A stretch of DNA of 63,707 nucleotides, counting the filler, from Choristocarpus tenellus KU-1152 (taxonomy: Eukaryota; Protista; Phaeophyceae): the NCBI GenBank assembly GCA_964200185.2. It is 9 parts of 9 records of this genome, joined end to end, with 100 filler letters (N's around TTAATTAATTAA, not from the genome) between each part and the next. Parts side by side here need not be neighbours in the genome. Positions count along the whole stretch, not along the records: positions 18,334 to 27,170 come from CAXNAD020004274.1; positions 27,271 to 34,286 come from CAXNAD020006857.1; positions 34,387 to 43,143 come from CAXNAD020004362.1; 6 more parts are not named here. One strand, given 5' to 3'. This document shows, piece after piece, positions 24,328 through 37,468 of this stretch; positions within the stretch are counted from its first letter, which is position 1; the number at the start of each line of letters is the position of its first letter. The translations under genes and the position numbers were made by a program. The notes beneath the pieces are model-generated. The model was not told the origin of the DNA. It saw only the letters and a program-made list of their open reading frames with translations, and did not search any database.

Positions 24328-26022
24328 CCACCTCCGTGCCATAAGTCTGTTCCACGTTGTCCATAACTTTTGGAGATGTTGATGAAATTCAATTATGAAA
24401 GAAGATTTGGAATCCTTGGTGAATTTCTGGTTAGGGTCGGCTCTTTTTATTATTGTTACTCCCCATCCATCACGATTCTACCACCAGCAGAAAAAACCTC
24501 CATACCTATCTTCGGTTTGTTTTTAACCTCACCAGACAACTTCCTCTTCCTTACGCCTGTGTGCTCCACACTTAAGTCATTCTCACCTTTGTATCTGAGT
24601 ACTTGATTGTAACCAACAAATAGAAGCTGCCAAGCCCTCGCAAGTGTGGTTTCATCATACTCCTCATACTCTTTCTTAATGACCTTCACCATCTCATTGA
24701 TGGACCCAACCGCTCTCCCATCACCCAACATTTCAAAGACCTGAAGAAGCACGGGACCATGATATTGAGGTCGGGGAAGTTAGAGGGCTGCGTCACAAAC
24801 CTAAGCCACCACCCCTCAGTCTTTCTTCCCTACCCCTGACAAGATTTCTGAGTTGCCCTTGCCCGTGTGGGGGGTGGCACCGTCCTGCTGAACAACAACG
24901 TGCTTCCCCTGCAACCAAGAGATCTTGGTCTTGATTGCAAGCAGTAAATCCTCCGTGTACCACTTCCTGTACCACAAATGGTCTAAAGTACAGTCCTACA
25001 TCCCCCTTTTTATGGTTCTTGCTTGTCCTGTCCGCCGTTTTTGGTGCGCACACACGCCAAACACCAAGCCTTCCATCAAAGCTATGAGCCGAATCTGGGC
25101 GGGCGTTGGCTGTAATGATCATGATTTTTGGGGATATTACTCTTGTGCTGCACAGTAGAGGACCCTGGAAGGTGGCTATCATCCTCATGTGGAAATACCC
25201 TAACCCCTTTCCCCATCAGGCATCACGTAAGACCAGGTTTCAGTCACATGGATCGTGTTTGCCATGGAGGCATACACACCCCGTTTCCAGTCCACTTGAT
25301 CGCAAACAAAGTCCATTCTCCATACCTCTTGCCACGATTTAAACTTGGGTTTGATCCAGTGGCTATTCGGCATGGCCCCCAAATCATCCAACCACCCGTT
25401 TGTGGTGCTTGTGGTATAATTCAGTCCCTTGGCAGCCAACTTCATTGTCACCTGACGCAATGTGGATGACCGATTATCGGAGTTGATACTATGTATTGCG
25501 ACCATCTTGGTTGGTGTGAGCTCCGAAGGCCCCCCACTACATGCCACCACCCCTAGGTCAAGCGTGTGGCCACGGGCGAGCTGATTGGAGACTTCCTCCC
25601 AGAGCCCTTGCATGTAATGCTCAGACACTACTAACTCAACTGCGAGGGCCGGCCCAACATGTCGCGGCAGTTTATCCTCACAGGGGACCATCACGAGGGT
25701 GTGCCGTACTGCAAGCGCAACCCTGGTATCCAGGGACACTTGGGCACCCTTACTACGCGGGGAGGTCAACGGGGGAGTTGCCGTATGCCGACGTTCTGAC
25801 CCTTGATGTGAACAGTTCTGACCTCAAAATCACCCCAGAAGACCCCTACTTTGAGGGCTTGAAGCACCTCGAGTTTGTACCTGATGATCCTCGACCCCCA
25901 CCTTTGCTGAAAGCTGAGATTATCAACCCGATTTCATTCTGTGGGGTTATCGTCCGATTCGGGGCCGTTCTCGCTCGGCGAGTCTAGATGTTTCGCAGCA
26001 CAAACTTATGGCACAGAGCTAG
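24328..26022 (-). mobile_element. Full-length (1.7 kb) IS630-Tc1-mariner element of the plant-mariner (DD39D-related) type; transposase pseudogenised
   Basis: TA-flanked TIRs CCACCTCCGTGCCATAAGTCTGT / CACAAACTTATGGCACAGAGCTAG. Minus-strand motifs in order: NRSSTLRQV, IHVTETWSY (cf. VHIDEKWFY), DGRLGVW..ADRTSKNH (cf. FDGKIGIW..RSSKNR), VVQQDGATPH, QPSNFPDLN..FF. Frameshifts and stops present. Confidence 0.88.
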
Positions 26023-26066
26023 TACTACAAAAATGTTATCTTTTGTGATTATTACTATTATTACTA

Positions 26067-27170
26067 CAGTGGGTTACCCGATTTTGGGCCAAATATTATG
26101 AACCAAATTCAAAATATCCAATTCTGTACCGCTTTTTTTGACATGCTCAAAAAATAGGCTCTTGTATCGGAATTATCGTATTCGGGCGATCTGGCACAAA
26201 ATCTCAGAGATATTCATGCAAGTTTGGCGCGCGCGAAAAAAATTCTCGCGAAAAGTGCCCTTCTTCCTGAGTCATGCTACCATACAGCAGTACAATACAT
26301 TGCTGGTTGGGGAATAAAGTGGAAGCCATGCCTTGTGCAGCGGGAAATCTCAGCAAGATGCCTTCAAACACATCAGGTCCGGCTTTCTGCACAATCCACA
26401 AGTGCTGTAAGTGGAGCCAAAGTATCTTAGAGAGTAGAGCCGCGTCCATTTGGGGGCCAAAATCCAATGTTGCGATTTCGATGTAATTTTGACAATCGAA
26501 TTTGTTAGGAAGTGTCAATATCCTTGTTCTGGACACACCGTTTCATAACGTATTCATTTTACCAACTCTAATTCTTTTAGAGTAAGTAAAACATCATAAA
26601 CACCTCGAGGGAAGCCAAGCCCAAAATAGACAAACAGGGCAAAATTCGTACCCTCTGAGATACTTTCACTCAGTGCGGTGGGTGCCTCCATGGTATATGT
26701 GGTGTAAAGGATCTTGAACTCGACGATGACTGCAAACGTTTGTGTGAGGGGCAGTGCTTGGCACTGCAGCAAGACGCGGGCGCTGACGGCAAGGGCGCAT
26801 TGTTATCGGCTTCATTGCTCGGCTCGCTGAACGGTAGCTCGTCTGGTGCTGCATCTGGCAGCCGTGAGCAGAAATCTAGTGCCCCTTCCAGGAGGGGCCA
26901 TGGAAAAAAGTGGTCCAACTTGACGTTGAACATGAAGTCAGAAGTGCTTGACCACCTCAAGAACAAGAAGCTCAAAGTCGCTATTGTCACAGAAAAAATC
27001 GACATCGCCGAAAGGACGGTGAGGAAAATCTGGGCTGAAGAAATTTAAATCATGTAGCAACTCGATTCAAGACCGGGGGCAGGGAAAGCAAAGTCTCTCA
27101 AAGGGCCCAAGTTTCCCGAAGTGCGTCTGCAGTAGTTTTGTATCGTGCGGTTTTTAAGCGGTGCGACTGT
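26067..27170 (+). mobile_element. pogo/Tigger-like DNA transposon, 5' part with a CENP-B-type HTH, cut by the contig end
   Basis: Starts TA|CAGTGGGTTACCCG. ORF segment KKWSNLTLNMKSEVLDHLKNKKLKVAIVTEKIDIAERTVRKIW..KSLKGPKFPE resembles the CENP-B N-terminal HTH; in-frame stops. Confidence 0.65.
26414..26671. mobile_element. MITE family B, complete copy inside the pogo-like element
   Basis: GAGCCAAAGTATCTTAGAG ... CTCTGAGATACTTTCACTC; 4-bp duplication AGTG/AGTG. Confidence 0.92.
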
Positions 27171-27929
27171 NNNNNNNNNNNNNNNNNNNNNNNNNNNNNN
27201 NNNNNNNNNNNNNNTTAATTAATTAANNNNNNNNNNNNNNNNNNNNNNNNNNNNNNNNNNNNNNNNNNNNGGGAGGGCGAGTAAGGGAACTTTTTTATTG
27301 CAATGTTGGAGTCGGTTTGGGCAGTGGCCAATCTGGATTTTGGTAAGGTTTGCAATTGCCGCATTCGATCGTATCAAATTTAACAGATGTATAGAGCATG
27401 CTGTTTGATAGAATGGGACGTGGTGATAGAGGTTGTATTGATGATGTTTTTGACGTGAGGTAGTAGTAGTAGAATTGTGGTTGTTGTCGTCTTGTAAGAG
27501 TGTATCTTGTATGTAAGTAGGTATTTGAGTACGTCAGTGTGCGTGTATGTATGTATATATGTATCGCACCCGTTGAAATCATTTCACGTTTTTCAATGCC
27601 TTTGATGACCTTCTTAGACAGATACTTCTCCTCCTCCTCCTCCTCCGCCGCCGCCCTTGAAGTGGTAAGCCAGGGGGAATGTGAGTCACTCGGAGACGAT
27701 AATTCCTGCTGTCCCGAGCCTCACAAATGACACGATACTGTCCCCCACGGGACAATTAGTTGATTACACCAACACTTTTTGAGGTGTAAAATCAATAGGA
27801 CATTGTTAGTGATGCGCGCCTGCACCCACATGCTCACACTCTGCATGTTTCGTAGTAATCGCCTGCCTTAACTATACCAAAACCTATGCGTAACCAGTGT
27901 TGTCTTGTGTGTTTTGCTGGGTGGCTCAG

Positions 27930-28917
27930 GTGATGGGCGCTCGAAGCTCCCACACGAAGACGTTTGTGGAGTTCCTGCATCAGCGTCCGGCCACCCTGAG
28001 GATTACATTTGATCAGTGGTGTTCTTTCCTAGAGTTTTGTGTCACAGTGGGGGATGACCTTGCAGAGTATGACGAAGACGGAGCCTGTGAGTTTTTTTTT
28101 GTTGTCTGCTTTTCTAACTGGAGTTATTAGGGTTTTGGAAGGGATGATGCATGGTGGAAGTTGCAGAGAGAACGAACTGTTTTAGCGTGTGAGGGAAGGG
28201 GGGGTATATACATAGGGTTGGGGTTAGGTAGGCGTTGTGAAGGTTCCTGTCACACCGAGACATGAAGTATATATATTTTTCGATTAAAAGAGGTGTTCTG
28301 GGTAGGGTCTTTTTTTTTTTCTTTAGGGGGTGATTTTTTTTTGTTGAGGTGTTACGATCGTCCAAGACGATGAGGGTGGATGAATGATTGATCCCTTTTT
28401 TTTTTCTTCGTCTGCATTTTTTTCTTGATCTGGAGTCTCATCGATTTCACGCCGTGTAAGTATGAAATGTGTCCTCTAGTTTGCAACAGCTTGTCCAATA
28501 ATTGCTTGCGATTCTCTATCACGCCTTTATTTAAATACTCGGGGCACAAGCTTCGTGGCGCCCTTTTCCCTAGAAAATTATCCTTGCCAATCTTTGTATC
28601 TATGCCTTCGCATGTAGCGGCTAGATAAACTGTATGATATGTTACTGCTTTTATTTTGTTTGTAGGCCTACTGCCTGGGAGGTAGAAATACTTGATTGCA
28701 ACTCTTCTTGCCCTTCGCTCTGCCCCCCCTCTCCCCATCCTTCCATCCCCCCCACCCCCTTTCCCTTCCTTCCCCCACCCCCCCGTCCACGTACCCGTGG
28801 CTGTTATTCTGTTGAATTAACGAATCGATTTTGACAGGGCCTATCCTTCTGGATGAGTTTGTGGAAGACCTGAGGTCAAAGGCAGGAGAGGAGCATGCCG
28901 AACAAAGCCGCCCTTGA
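27930..28917 (+). CDS. DCN1-like (defective in cullin neddylation) protein, last two exons 27930-28086 and 28838-28917
   Basis: Spliced translation [39 protein letters not shown] matches the Cullin_binding (PONY) domain C-terminus; CAG|GTG, T|GTGAGT and CAG|GG junctions are in phase. Confidence 0.9.
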
Positions 28918-29820
28918 GTCGGTTTGATGATCCTTCTTGCCCAGTCCACTCCCACACATACGTACATACACCCATCCATCCTACTCTGCCTTTGTATCTA
29001 GAATCTTGGTTGTACGAAATATCAGGGCTATGACATGCATGGGTCCCCCCTGTCTGGAAAAGGTGGATAGGGCTATGGTTTTGAACTACAAGATGGGCTA
29101 ATGCCATCGATACACTCCCTAGTTAAGTGGGAGATGAGTGCATCATTGTTCCGGGATGTTTTTTTTTAGCTTTCTGCTAGTAGCTCCTTCCACTTTCGAA
29201 GACCTTCAGATGGAAGGCGTTGGTTGATTGTAGGTGCATGGATGTTGCAGTCCTTTTTCTCCTTATTCTTTAGTGAGCAAGAAGTGTAGATGACGATGAG
29301 CCATTGTTAACTTATTTTGCACCACCTCTCTGGGTCTATCCGTGCGCCCGATTGACCATGAGCAGAAATTGATTCAAGAATCGCAGCGTTTTATATGCTC
29401 GCCGTCTTTTGCTGCAGCCTCTCGAGGGTCATCATCGCCTTGATCTACCACCCAACATGGCCCTGCGTGGTAGTTTTGCACCTGACTAACCTTATGTCCG
29501 GTTTCGATCACGCTATGCCCTGCTTCAGTCGCCCGCATAATCATGAACAAAGCCTGTCTGATTTGTTTGTGTTGTGTACTGTCCTTGTCCTACTGAACTG
29601 GGAGTAGATGTACATATTTTTGTCAGTAGGGGGTCGGTCGTTCTGGGTGGGAGGGTAGGGGGGGGGGGGGGGGGGGGGGGGGGGGTATAGATTGTGGGAG
29701 GTTTAAAAAACACCTCAAAAAGGGGGGGGGTTTTTTTTTTTTTTGGGTTTTTTTNNNNNNNNNNTTTTTTTGTGTTGTTGTGGGGGGCGTGGTGTGTGGG
29801 GGGGGGGGGTTGTGGGTGGT

Positions 29821-29886
<66 letters not shown>

Positions 29887-30734
29887 GCCTGTGATAGATA
29901 TCGTGAAGTTTACAAGACACCTCAATAATGGATGGGATTGTTTTGCTCTCTGGATCTGTTTGATTGAGATAGCTGGAACACAGGCGGACATCGTTTTTAC
30001 TGAAAGTTGAGAGAAAATAGGTTAATATTATTGGTATTTTATTCACAAGGAGGTTGGAATTGTATCGTCTTGGTCTGGTGGATTTTTTTTGCCCAGGGTG
30101 TTGGATGCAACGGCAATGATATATAATTTAACTTTGTTTTTATGCAGTGCAAAGTGGGGTATGATACAGTGAGTTTGTTCGGTTTGACTTGTCTGCTGTT
30201 TGGGAACAAGGGGGAGGGAAGGATACAACCCGATGTTGAGTGTCTCCAACAATAGATACCTTGTTTTGGGAGTGGGGGGGAAACCCCTTAAATGATGTAG
30301 GCATTGTCTGGTGTGTGATCACCTTTCCTACTTGGTTGAAGGGGGGCTTGTCAACTGCGATGATTAGTCAGCTTCCACCATCCCACATACAATTCGCCCA
30401 TCTCTGAGTTGGAAATAGTTCAATGATTGGACTGTATGGTGACTATATTATTAACCAATGATGTTCACCTCTATCTAGGCTGCCCTATGACATTTTTCCC
30501 TTTGACCAATTTTGGAGTCAAATCGCCTAACTAAAAGTTGGTTCAGCACATGGATGCATTGTAGCACCTTACACAGAACTTTTATAATGCTCTACTTGAA
30601 ACCACATGTTCTTGAATCAAAAATGTTGTTTTGGTGTTGCATGTCTTTCTGAGACCTACTTACAGCTACCTCTTTATTTTAGAATCGTTCCGATATCATG
30701 TGTGTTGACTTTTGTTGTCTAGATCCCAATCATT

Positions 30735-30993
30735 GAGTCAAAGTTTCTTTGAGGCTGGAGTCGTGTCCTTTTAGACGCCAAAATCCATGTTGCGATCTTG
30801 ATGTAGTTTTGGCTATCGTGTTTGTTAGGAAGAGCGAATATCCTTGTTTCGAATACACCTTTTCGTAACATAAATATTTTACCTACTCCCAAACATTTAG
30901 GAGTAGGTAAAAAGTCTTGAAAAAACCCATAGGAATTCAAGCCTCAGACGGACAAACAGGACAAACCTCGTACCCTCTAAGATACTTTTACTC
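30735..30993. mobile_element. MITE family B, complete copy
   Basis: GAGTCAAAGTTTCTTTGAGG ... TACCCTCTAAGATACTTTTACTC; flanks ATT/ATT. Confidence 0.9.
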
Positions 30994-31689
30994 ATTCTTC
31001 ATTGTTTAATTGCATCTTGTGTGTATGTATACCATCACAAGAACAAAACGATATTAACCGTTTTTCTCACTGTGTTGAAAGAGCAAGGATGAACCGGGAC
31101 AGGTACTAGTTTACTTTTTTACCTTTTTTTCAATTTCTTGGGTGGTTAGGTACCCTTCCTCCAACCTGCTGGCAGTATCTGTTTTTATATTTTAGGCAAG
31201 GGATTGAACCCTTCTTCTCTCTTCTCTCTTGACCCTTCTTACACATATATGTTTTTTTTTCATTATATTGTGTCGTTTTTTGGTGTAGACATGACTTTCT
31301 TCTTCTTCATGTCATTTATTAAATTATTCTTTCCCTTTTTTTAATACTACTGTATTACCTAGTCCGAGAACACCATCGAACTAGGTGTAGTAGTGGAAGT
31401 TTTATTCGATCGCTGGTGTCCGGTCCTCCACCCCAAGAGAGATAAGGATGTTGAAGAGAAGAGGAGAGTTGGTCAACATGCGTGCACTAGTCTTGCATGG
31501 AAAAGTCCGAAATTCAATATTCCCAGGAGCATATGACAACAATTAATTGAACGATAATATTAGTAATAAAAATATGAACCCTCTCCAGCATTTTGGTCCA
31601 CCAGCAGGAAAGAACCAACAGAAGGATGTTCTCATCCAATCTTAGGGGTGTAAATTGTACTTGGTGTAACACACACAGGCTACGTGAGA

Positions 31690-32180
31690 AAATCATTATT
31701 GAGCGGCCATAGAGATGACACGATAGTACTGGAAGCATCCACGATGTAAAAGCTTGACGTTTTGGACTTGGAATGTCACATGTGTGTGTATTGAAGAGCC
31801 AACTATCCAACCAATCATTTTAGGTCTTTTGTGGATTTATATATTTTTTTGCTTTATATTTATTTGAAGGATAGGTGTTTTGGAGAGACACAACGAGTTG
31901 ACAGTTCAACAAATCGTAAGAGGTGCTGCTGGCAAGAGGACAGGTAAAATCTACAGCAATGAAGACCTCCCCGTAAATTCTTTTCAGAGGCACATCATCA
32001 TCAAAAGCATCAAGGTGGATTGCTTGCAACAAGGGGACTGATATGGCAGAGAAGAAGACAAAAATGGGCGAACGCACACCACTTCAACGCCTTGATCCTC
32101 TCCCATATCTCTTGCTTGTCCTTAGATCAAGAACCAACTAGGTTGCCTTGTTCTCCTACTACATGATGACCTGCACCCCC
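31690..32180 (-). pseudogene. Possible decayed CHAT (caspase-like) domain sequence
   Basis: In order across frames: VVGEQ, KALKWCAFAHF, YDLLNCQLVVSL, FYIVDASSTIVSSLWPLN, resembling the CHAT motifs HFA.HG, LVVLSAC and AGA..VV.SLW.V. Catalytic residues are not intact. Confidence 0.35.
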
Positions 32181-32778
32181 CTAACCCTATCCAAGGTAAG
32201 AGAGGAGGTTTGTGTGATTGATGTTACAGCCAGTGCAAGTAGGATCTTCTACCGACCTTCGAAGTGATTGTGAAGTATGCATGTGTTCAGGTCTGTTACC
32301 AGTAGAAAAATGTCACTCTTTGAACAACCTATCCCTCACTCGCTCAATCTTGACATACCTCAAGCAATACTCTCTCCGAGCATTCTTAAGATTTGCGAGA
32401 ATCACTGTATCACCCCTTTTTTTGTACTTTAATGTATCTACTCAACCACTCTCACTATTTTTCTACCTACAGATAAGTGTCCTCTGTATCAAATCCCCTC
32501 ATCAGGGCAGTCGCATCATCTGCATCCCTTATCCAATGCCCCTTCCTGCACTACCTACCAATCCAAGCGTACATTCGCACCCTCCTCGTACACCAACTAT
32601 TACTTCACAGCAGTACTTCAAATCGATCAGCAAAAATAAATAAATAATAATAATAATATGTACGCAATGTCGATCCAACAAATATTTTTATTTATCTACC
32701 TGGAAATATTCAAAAATCATGTAAGGGCACAAATGCAACAAAAATCTCCATCTTATTATTCCCTCCCTGCCTTGAATC

Positions 32779-34200
32779 TGATGGTTGACCAAGACCTAGA
32801 TACGGAGAGCTCCGTACCAAAGGACCACCTTGCGAATCCACGTATTCATTTCCGTTTCTTCCATTTCTAGAGACCTCTCCGTCAAGTTGATGCCATGCCT
32901 CTCAGGCCCCTGAACAGAATCAGGCGGTCGATTTGCCAAAGCAAGACATCATTCCACTCTTCCTCACCGCATCAACCTTGTGAGACCTGACAAGGACTGA
33001 GTGAGTACCAATAAATAGACCATCGTACTGATACGAATAGAGCCAGAGAGAGGGACAAAGGTGATACACAAGAACATACGGAAATACAATAAACTTCAAC
33101 AACAAGAGAGAGAGAGAGAGAACACCAAGTCCTATCACTAGATGAAAGCTCTTGTACACACCATGAACCTTTCCTGAGATACAATCCCCCACAAACTCGA
33201 AACAAGCAGTACCCCTCACACCCTTCCCACCCTGTCCAGCACCGTTTGTATATGAGAGAAATTTGTAATCTATAAATCACCTTTAGTGATACAGATCAGG
33301 AATTCTCGGGATCTTATTGATGCAGATCTCGCTTAACATTACAGCCACACTTGGGGTAGGGGCAAGTCAGGCAGTCCATTGCAAGACCCCAGTTGTCAGG
33401 AGTGGACAGACTACGGCAACAAGCCTCCAGGTGCCCCACAAAAATGTGCACTTCACTGAATGCATTATCATACTTCTAAAGTGTATATTGAGACAGAAAA
33501 CACAAAAAACATACGTACTTCGAGAAGAGCGGAGTATGGTGACACAACACTTACAACACCAGTTGAAGGTGGAGAGAAAAAAAAACAGTAGAGAGACTCC
33601 CTACAATATTCTAGTAGGTACTAATGCCAAAGCTACTACAGGATGAAGCAACCACAGTGACAGAGACGCTGGTTCATCACCCTCATCCTACAAAAAGGAG
33701 GTTCCACAGCTCCTTTTGCTCGATAGCTCTTTCCAGCAGACAGAAAAAACTTCCTACTCTTTAAGCTTGTCGCCAGTCTAGCTACCTGACGGGACCTCCT
33801 GCATCACTTGACACACTCAAGGTAAGTGTTCAAAACAGCTACAGATGACAATCAATCAGAAAGGTGTGGGTCGGCACCGGGGGGAGAGACCCCGTAGGAG
33901 TGCAGTTGCACCTTCTGGAAACAAGTCCTTTTTTTCAGGTTTTCTTAGACAAGAGAGCTGCTTGATGCCGTTTGTATTTACCGGACATCTCCAACCCTAT
34001 GCCTGTGAAGACCAAGGCCACTCCCCTAACATTAGGCAAACACGTTTCAAAAGGTCAAAATGGAGGACGGATTTGCATATTTGGGGAAGGCGGCGGAGAA
34101 GAGGAGGAGGGAGTCAGGAGTGGGTTAAGCGCAAAACTTTTGCGGGCTTGAAGTATAGATCAGAGACAAAGGACATGCTCCATGTTTCTCATTGTGTAGA
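32779..34200 (+). mobile_element. Possible decayed LTR retrotransposon start (candidate LTR 32779-33343 followed by gag/protease-like remnants)
   Basis: TG..CA-bounded segment with TATA/AATAAA-like signals; downstream broken frames contain LLLDSS and LPDG. Weak evidence. Confidence 0.22.
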
Positions 34201-36300
34201 AATACGGAGGGGGGGGGGGGGGGAAGAGGGGGTGGGGGGTGTGGGGGGAAAGAGGGAGGGGGAGAGCAAACGGCTGACCACCACTCNNNNNNNNNNNNNN
34301 NNNNNNNNNNNNNNNNNNNNNNNNNNNNNNTTAATTAATTAANNNNNNNNNNNNNNNNNNNNNNNNNNNNNNNNNNNNNNNNNNNNGTTTAATGGTTTTA
34401 TCCAGGGGCTGTGAACGCTTTTATAATCCTGGGTAGGCGTTTCGGGTACAGTAGTGAGGGGAGTACACGGTACGTCAGTATGACACCAACAGTATAATAC
34501 ATAGAGCTATCTTACCATAAACGGATTTCTCTCACAGTCGTATCGTACCCCAACCAGCCCCCCCCCCACTTCTTTCACTTTGTGCCCTGATTCAAATAGG
34601 TGAAATAAAAGAAAATGATTTCCAACGTTTATTAGCTGTGTTCCAGAGGTTCACACAAGTCATGTTACCTTTCACTTGTTCTGATTAGTTCTTAGTTCAA
34701 TTTCTATACAATCTTGGAGCAACTCATTGCAATAACAATAATAAAAAGTATATATATAATATTATAATTATTGTTGTAATTATTATTTCAGTAGAAGTCG
34801 TAGTAGTAGTATTTAGCCAAGATGACCCCAAGGGCAATCTGCTATCTTCATCCGACTATATAATGTAATCCACACCTAGAATAGTGTCATGGAATATATA
34901 GAGCCAGTTTATGTCTGTTGATCTCTCCGTCCGTCACTACCACCCCTTCTTCCATCCCATTTCTTTCCTGTTACTTGATGCAGATTTTTGCTCCAGTCAT
35001 TTACCCATCTCTTTGTCAGTGACCCTTCTGACTATCCTACACACATGCATATCTCATCTGGTAAGGCTGCATCTAAAAGATTGTGTGATCATTGAACGAT
35101 AATGAAAATAACAGTAATAATAATAATAATAATAATACACCCTTCAGATTTAGGTCAACACTATCCCCAGACATAGATAGCAATGGACTGCACCATACTT
35201 ACACCACAACTACCCCACTGGACAACAAAATGGAATAAAACTACACAACAAAATAGAGTAATAATAACAAAATGGAATAATACTAGACAACAAATAGAAT
35301 AAAAATACACAACAAAATAAGAAAAAAAACAAAAGGTGCTGCCTTAACAGTACTGCCAAGTGGGGACCATGTTGGGAACAAGTGCAGCACTCTAAGTGTA
35401 TATTGGTGATAAATGAACGGACACCCGATCTTATCTCCCAAAATACTGTTAACAACAGATTATTTGATATCACGGGCTGGGACTATCAGACTGAAAATAC
35501 ATAAACAAGAGGGTAACGTTCTACCTCCCAAGAAGGATGGATTACATTACAAAAAATAATCGCTTGGAATCTTGGGTACCATGTAGTCTACAACAACAGA
35601 ATTAAGAACAACAGTGACGATATGTATATTTGAATGGAAGAAAAGACACTATGAATACCAACTGTGATGATCTGTACACTCCATTAAACGATATCCTCCT
35701 ATAGGACAACAACACCAAATCAGGGTGAGAGGTGGTAGACACCATCGGGTTACAGTTCATCGTGAAGAGTAGGTCCTCTTTCATATTCCAATACCAGCAA
35801 TCTGTCAACCCTAACCCTACCACATCAATCCATTCACCTACTCTGCCTATTGTTTTGCCATTTTTTGTCTCATTATGTTGTACGTTGCTTCTTTCCATGA
35901 CAGCAAGATCTTTCTGTTCATAAAATATATTAATAAAATGTACACTTGTTTCCTTCTCCCTACAGCATCACAAACCTCTCACCCATGCTGCACTTCACCT
36001 GTAGGGGGGGGGAGGAGAGGGTCTACAAGGAGCACAGTGCTAAAAATCTAAATATTATGCTTTTGATCAATTCAGGCAATTCAGATTCATCTCTACGAAT
36101 CTTCAGATTCATCTCTTCAGATTCCACTACTGCACTGACTTGGACAATTGAAGGATATACCTTTATCCTGCAATGACCACAAAGAATAGCCCTGGCTTGA
36201 AGTATTGACAGCATGGAGTTGGCATTAGTCTAGACTGACTGAGAGGACTACAATCAGTTTCTCATCACTGCACCCACCCAAAACTGATTGTAGATATTTA

Positions 36301-36342
<42 letters not shown>

Positions 36343-36686
36343 TTTTCATAGTCACAGAAAAGTATTCTTGTTCTTGTTTAGGATTTTTTTTAATAACTTC
36401 ATTTCACTCCCCGTTTCCGAATTTGAATGTTCAAACGAAAAAATATTGTTCAGTTTGTTTTTCTGGCTTGCAAGGAATAATAAAAATAATCAGAATATAG
36501 TATTTTTACAGCGTGTAGTAGTAGATTTAAATCGGAACAAATGCAAAACAATAAGAAAAAGAAACTAACTGTACAAGATAATACTCAGAACAACAAGAAC
36601 ATCATCTCAGTTATTGTCAATAATCAATATTCTAAAAAAAGAAGGATAGTCGAATTCACTCCCCCCCCCAAAAAATGATAATTAAC

Positions 36687-36718
<32 letters not shown>

Positions 36719-37468
36719 CAAATATTATCACAAATATTATCATTAAATATTGTCTAACCTTAGCCTGAAGGTAGGAACCACCTCCGCAACCCCGCCTATC
36801 CCTACACTAGCTCATGGCCAGAGGCACTAACTACTCCATAGTACATACATATTACACCACCCTCCTCTACTATAAACCTACTGCTGTTGGTACACAACAA
36901 CTAATTGCACCACCCTGAGACTGCCTAATTTCATTCATTCTCATACACTGGGGTTGACCAACCCCACAGCTCCTCGCTCCGCCTCCTCCCTCAAGTCCTC
37001 CGCAGTACCAATCGCCTGTCTGTCCACTATGAAACCTTGCCACCACAATTCAGGTCTTCCCCATTCCTATCCATGGAACAGCAAGAGACAGGAAGAGGGT
37101 ACAGGCGTACCTCTCCCTTGTACTGGCCACGACCTCACCTCCATCTAAACCAAACATCCTCGAAGTAATCCAACCCCAACATGATTTGAATCAATGCCTT
37201 CCAACGACACAGAGCCGGTAGAACCTACAAACCAACCTACACACACAACTTTAAGTTTTCGGATGAGGAGACGGACACCAAGAACTATTTAACCCTAGAG
37301 CCAGCTCAACCGTGTGATGAACGCTCTTAATACAGCCGGTGAACAACATATGAGTGAGAATGCACTTGGGTTGTGGCGATCTGCCTCTTCAGTTGTTTTT
37401 GTGTATTATCATGTCAAAGAAGAGAAAAAAAAGAAAAAAAAGGAACATTGGATTTGTCTCCATCTCAC

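Noticed and set aside
29525-30046. Poly-Pro/poly-Gly ORFs (also 10-365)
   Set aside because: They derive from long G/C homopolymers next to N10 gaps, probably low-quality sequence; no protein motif.
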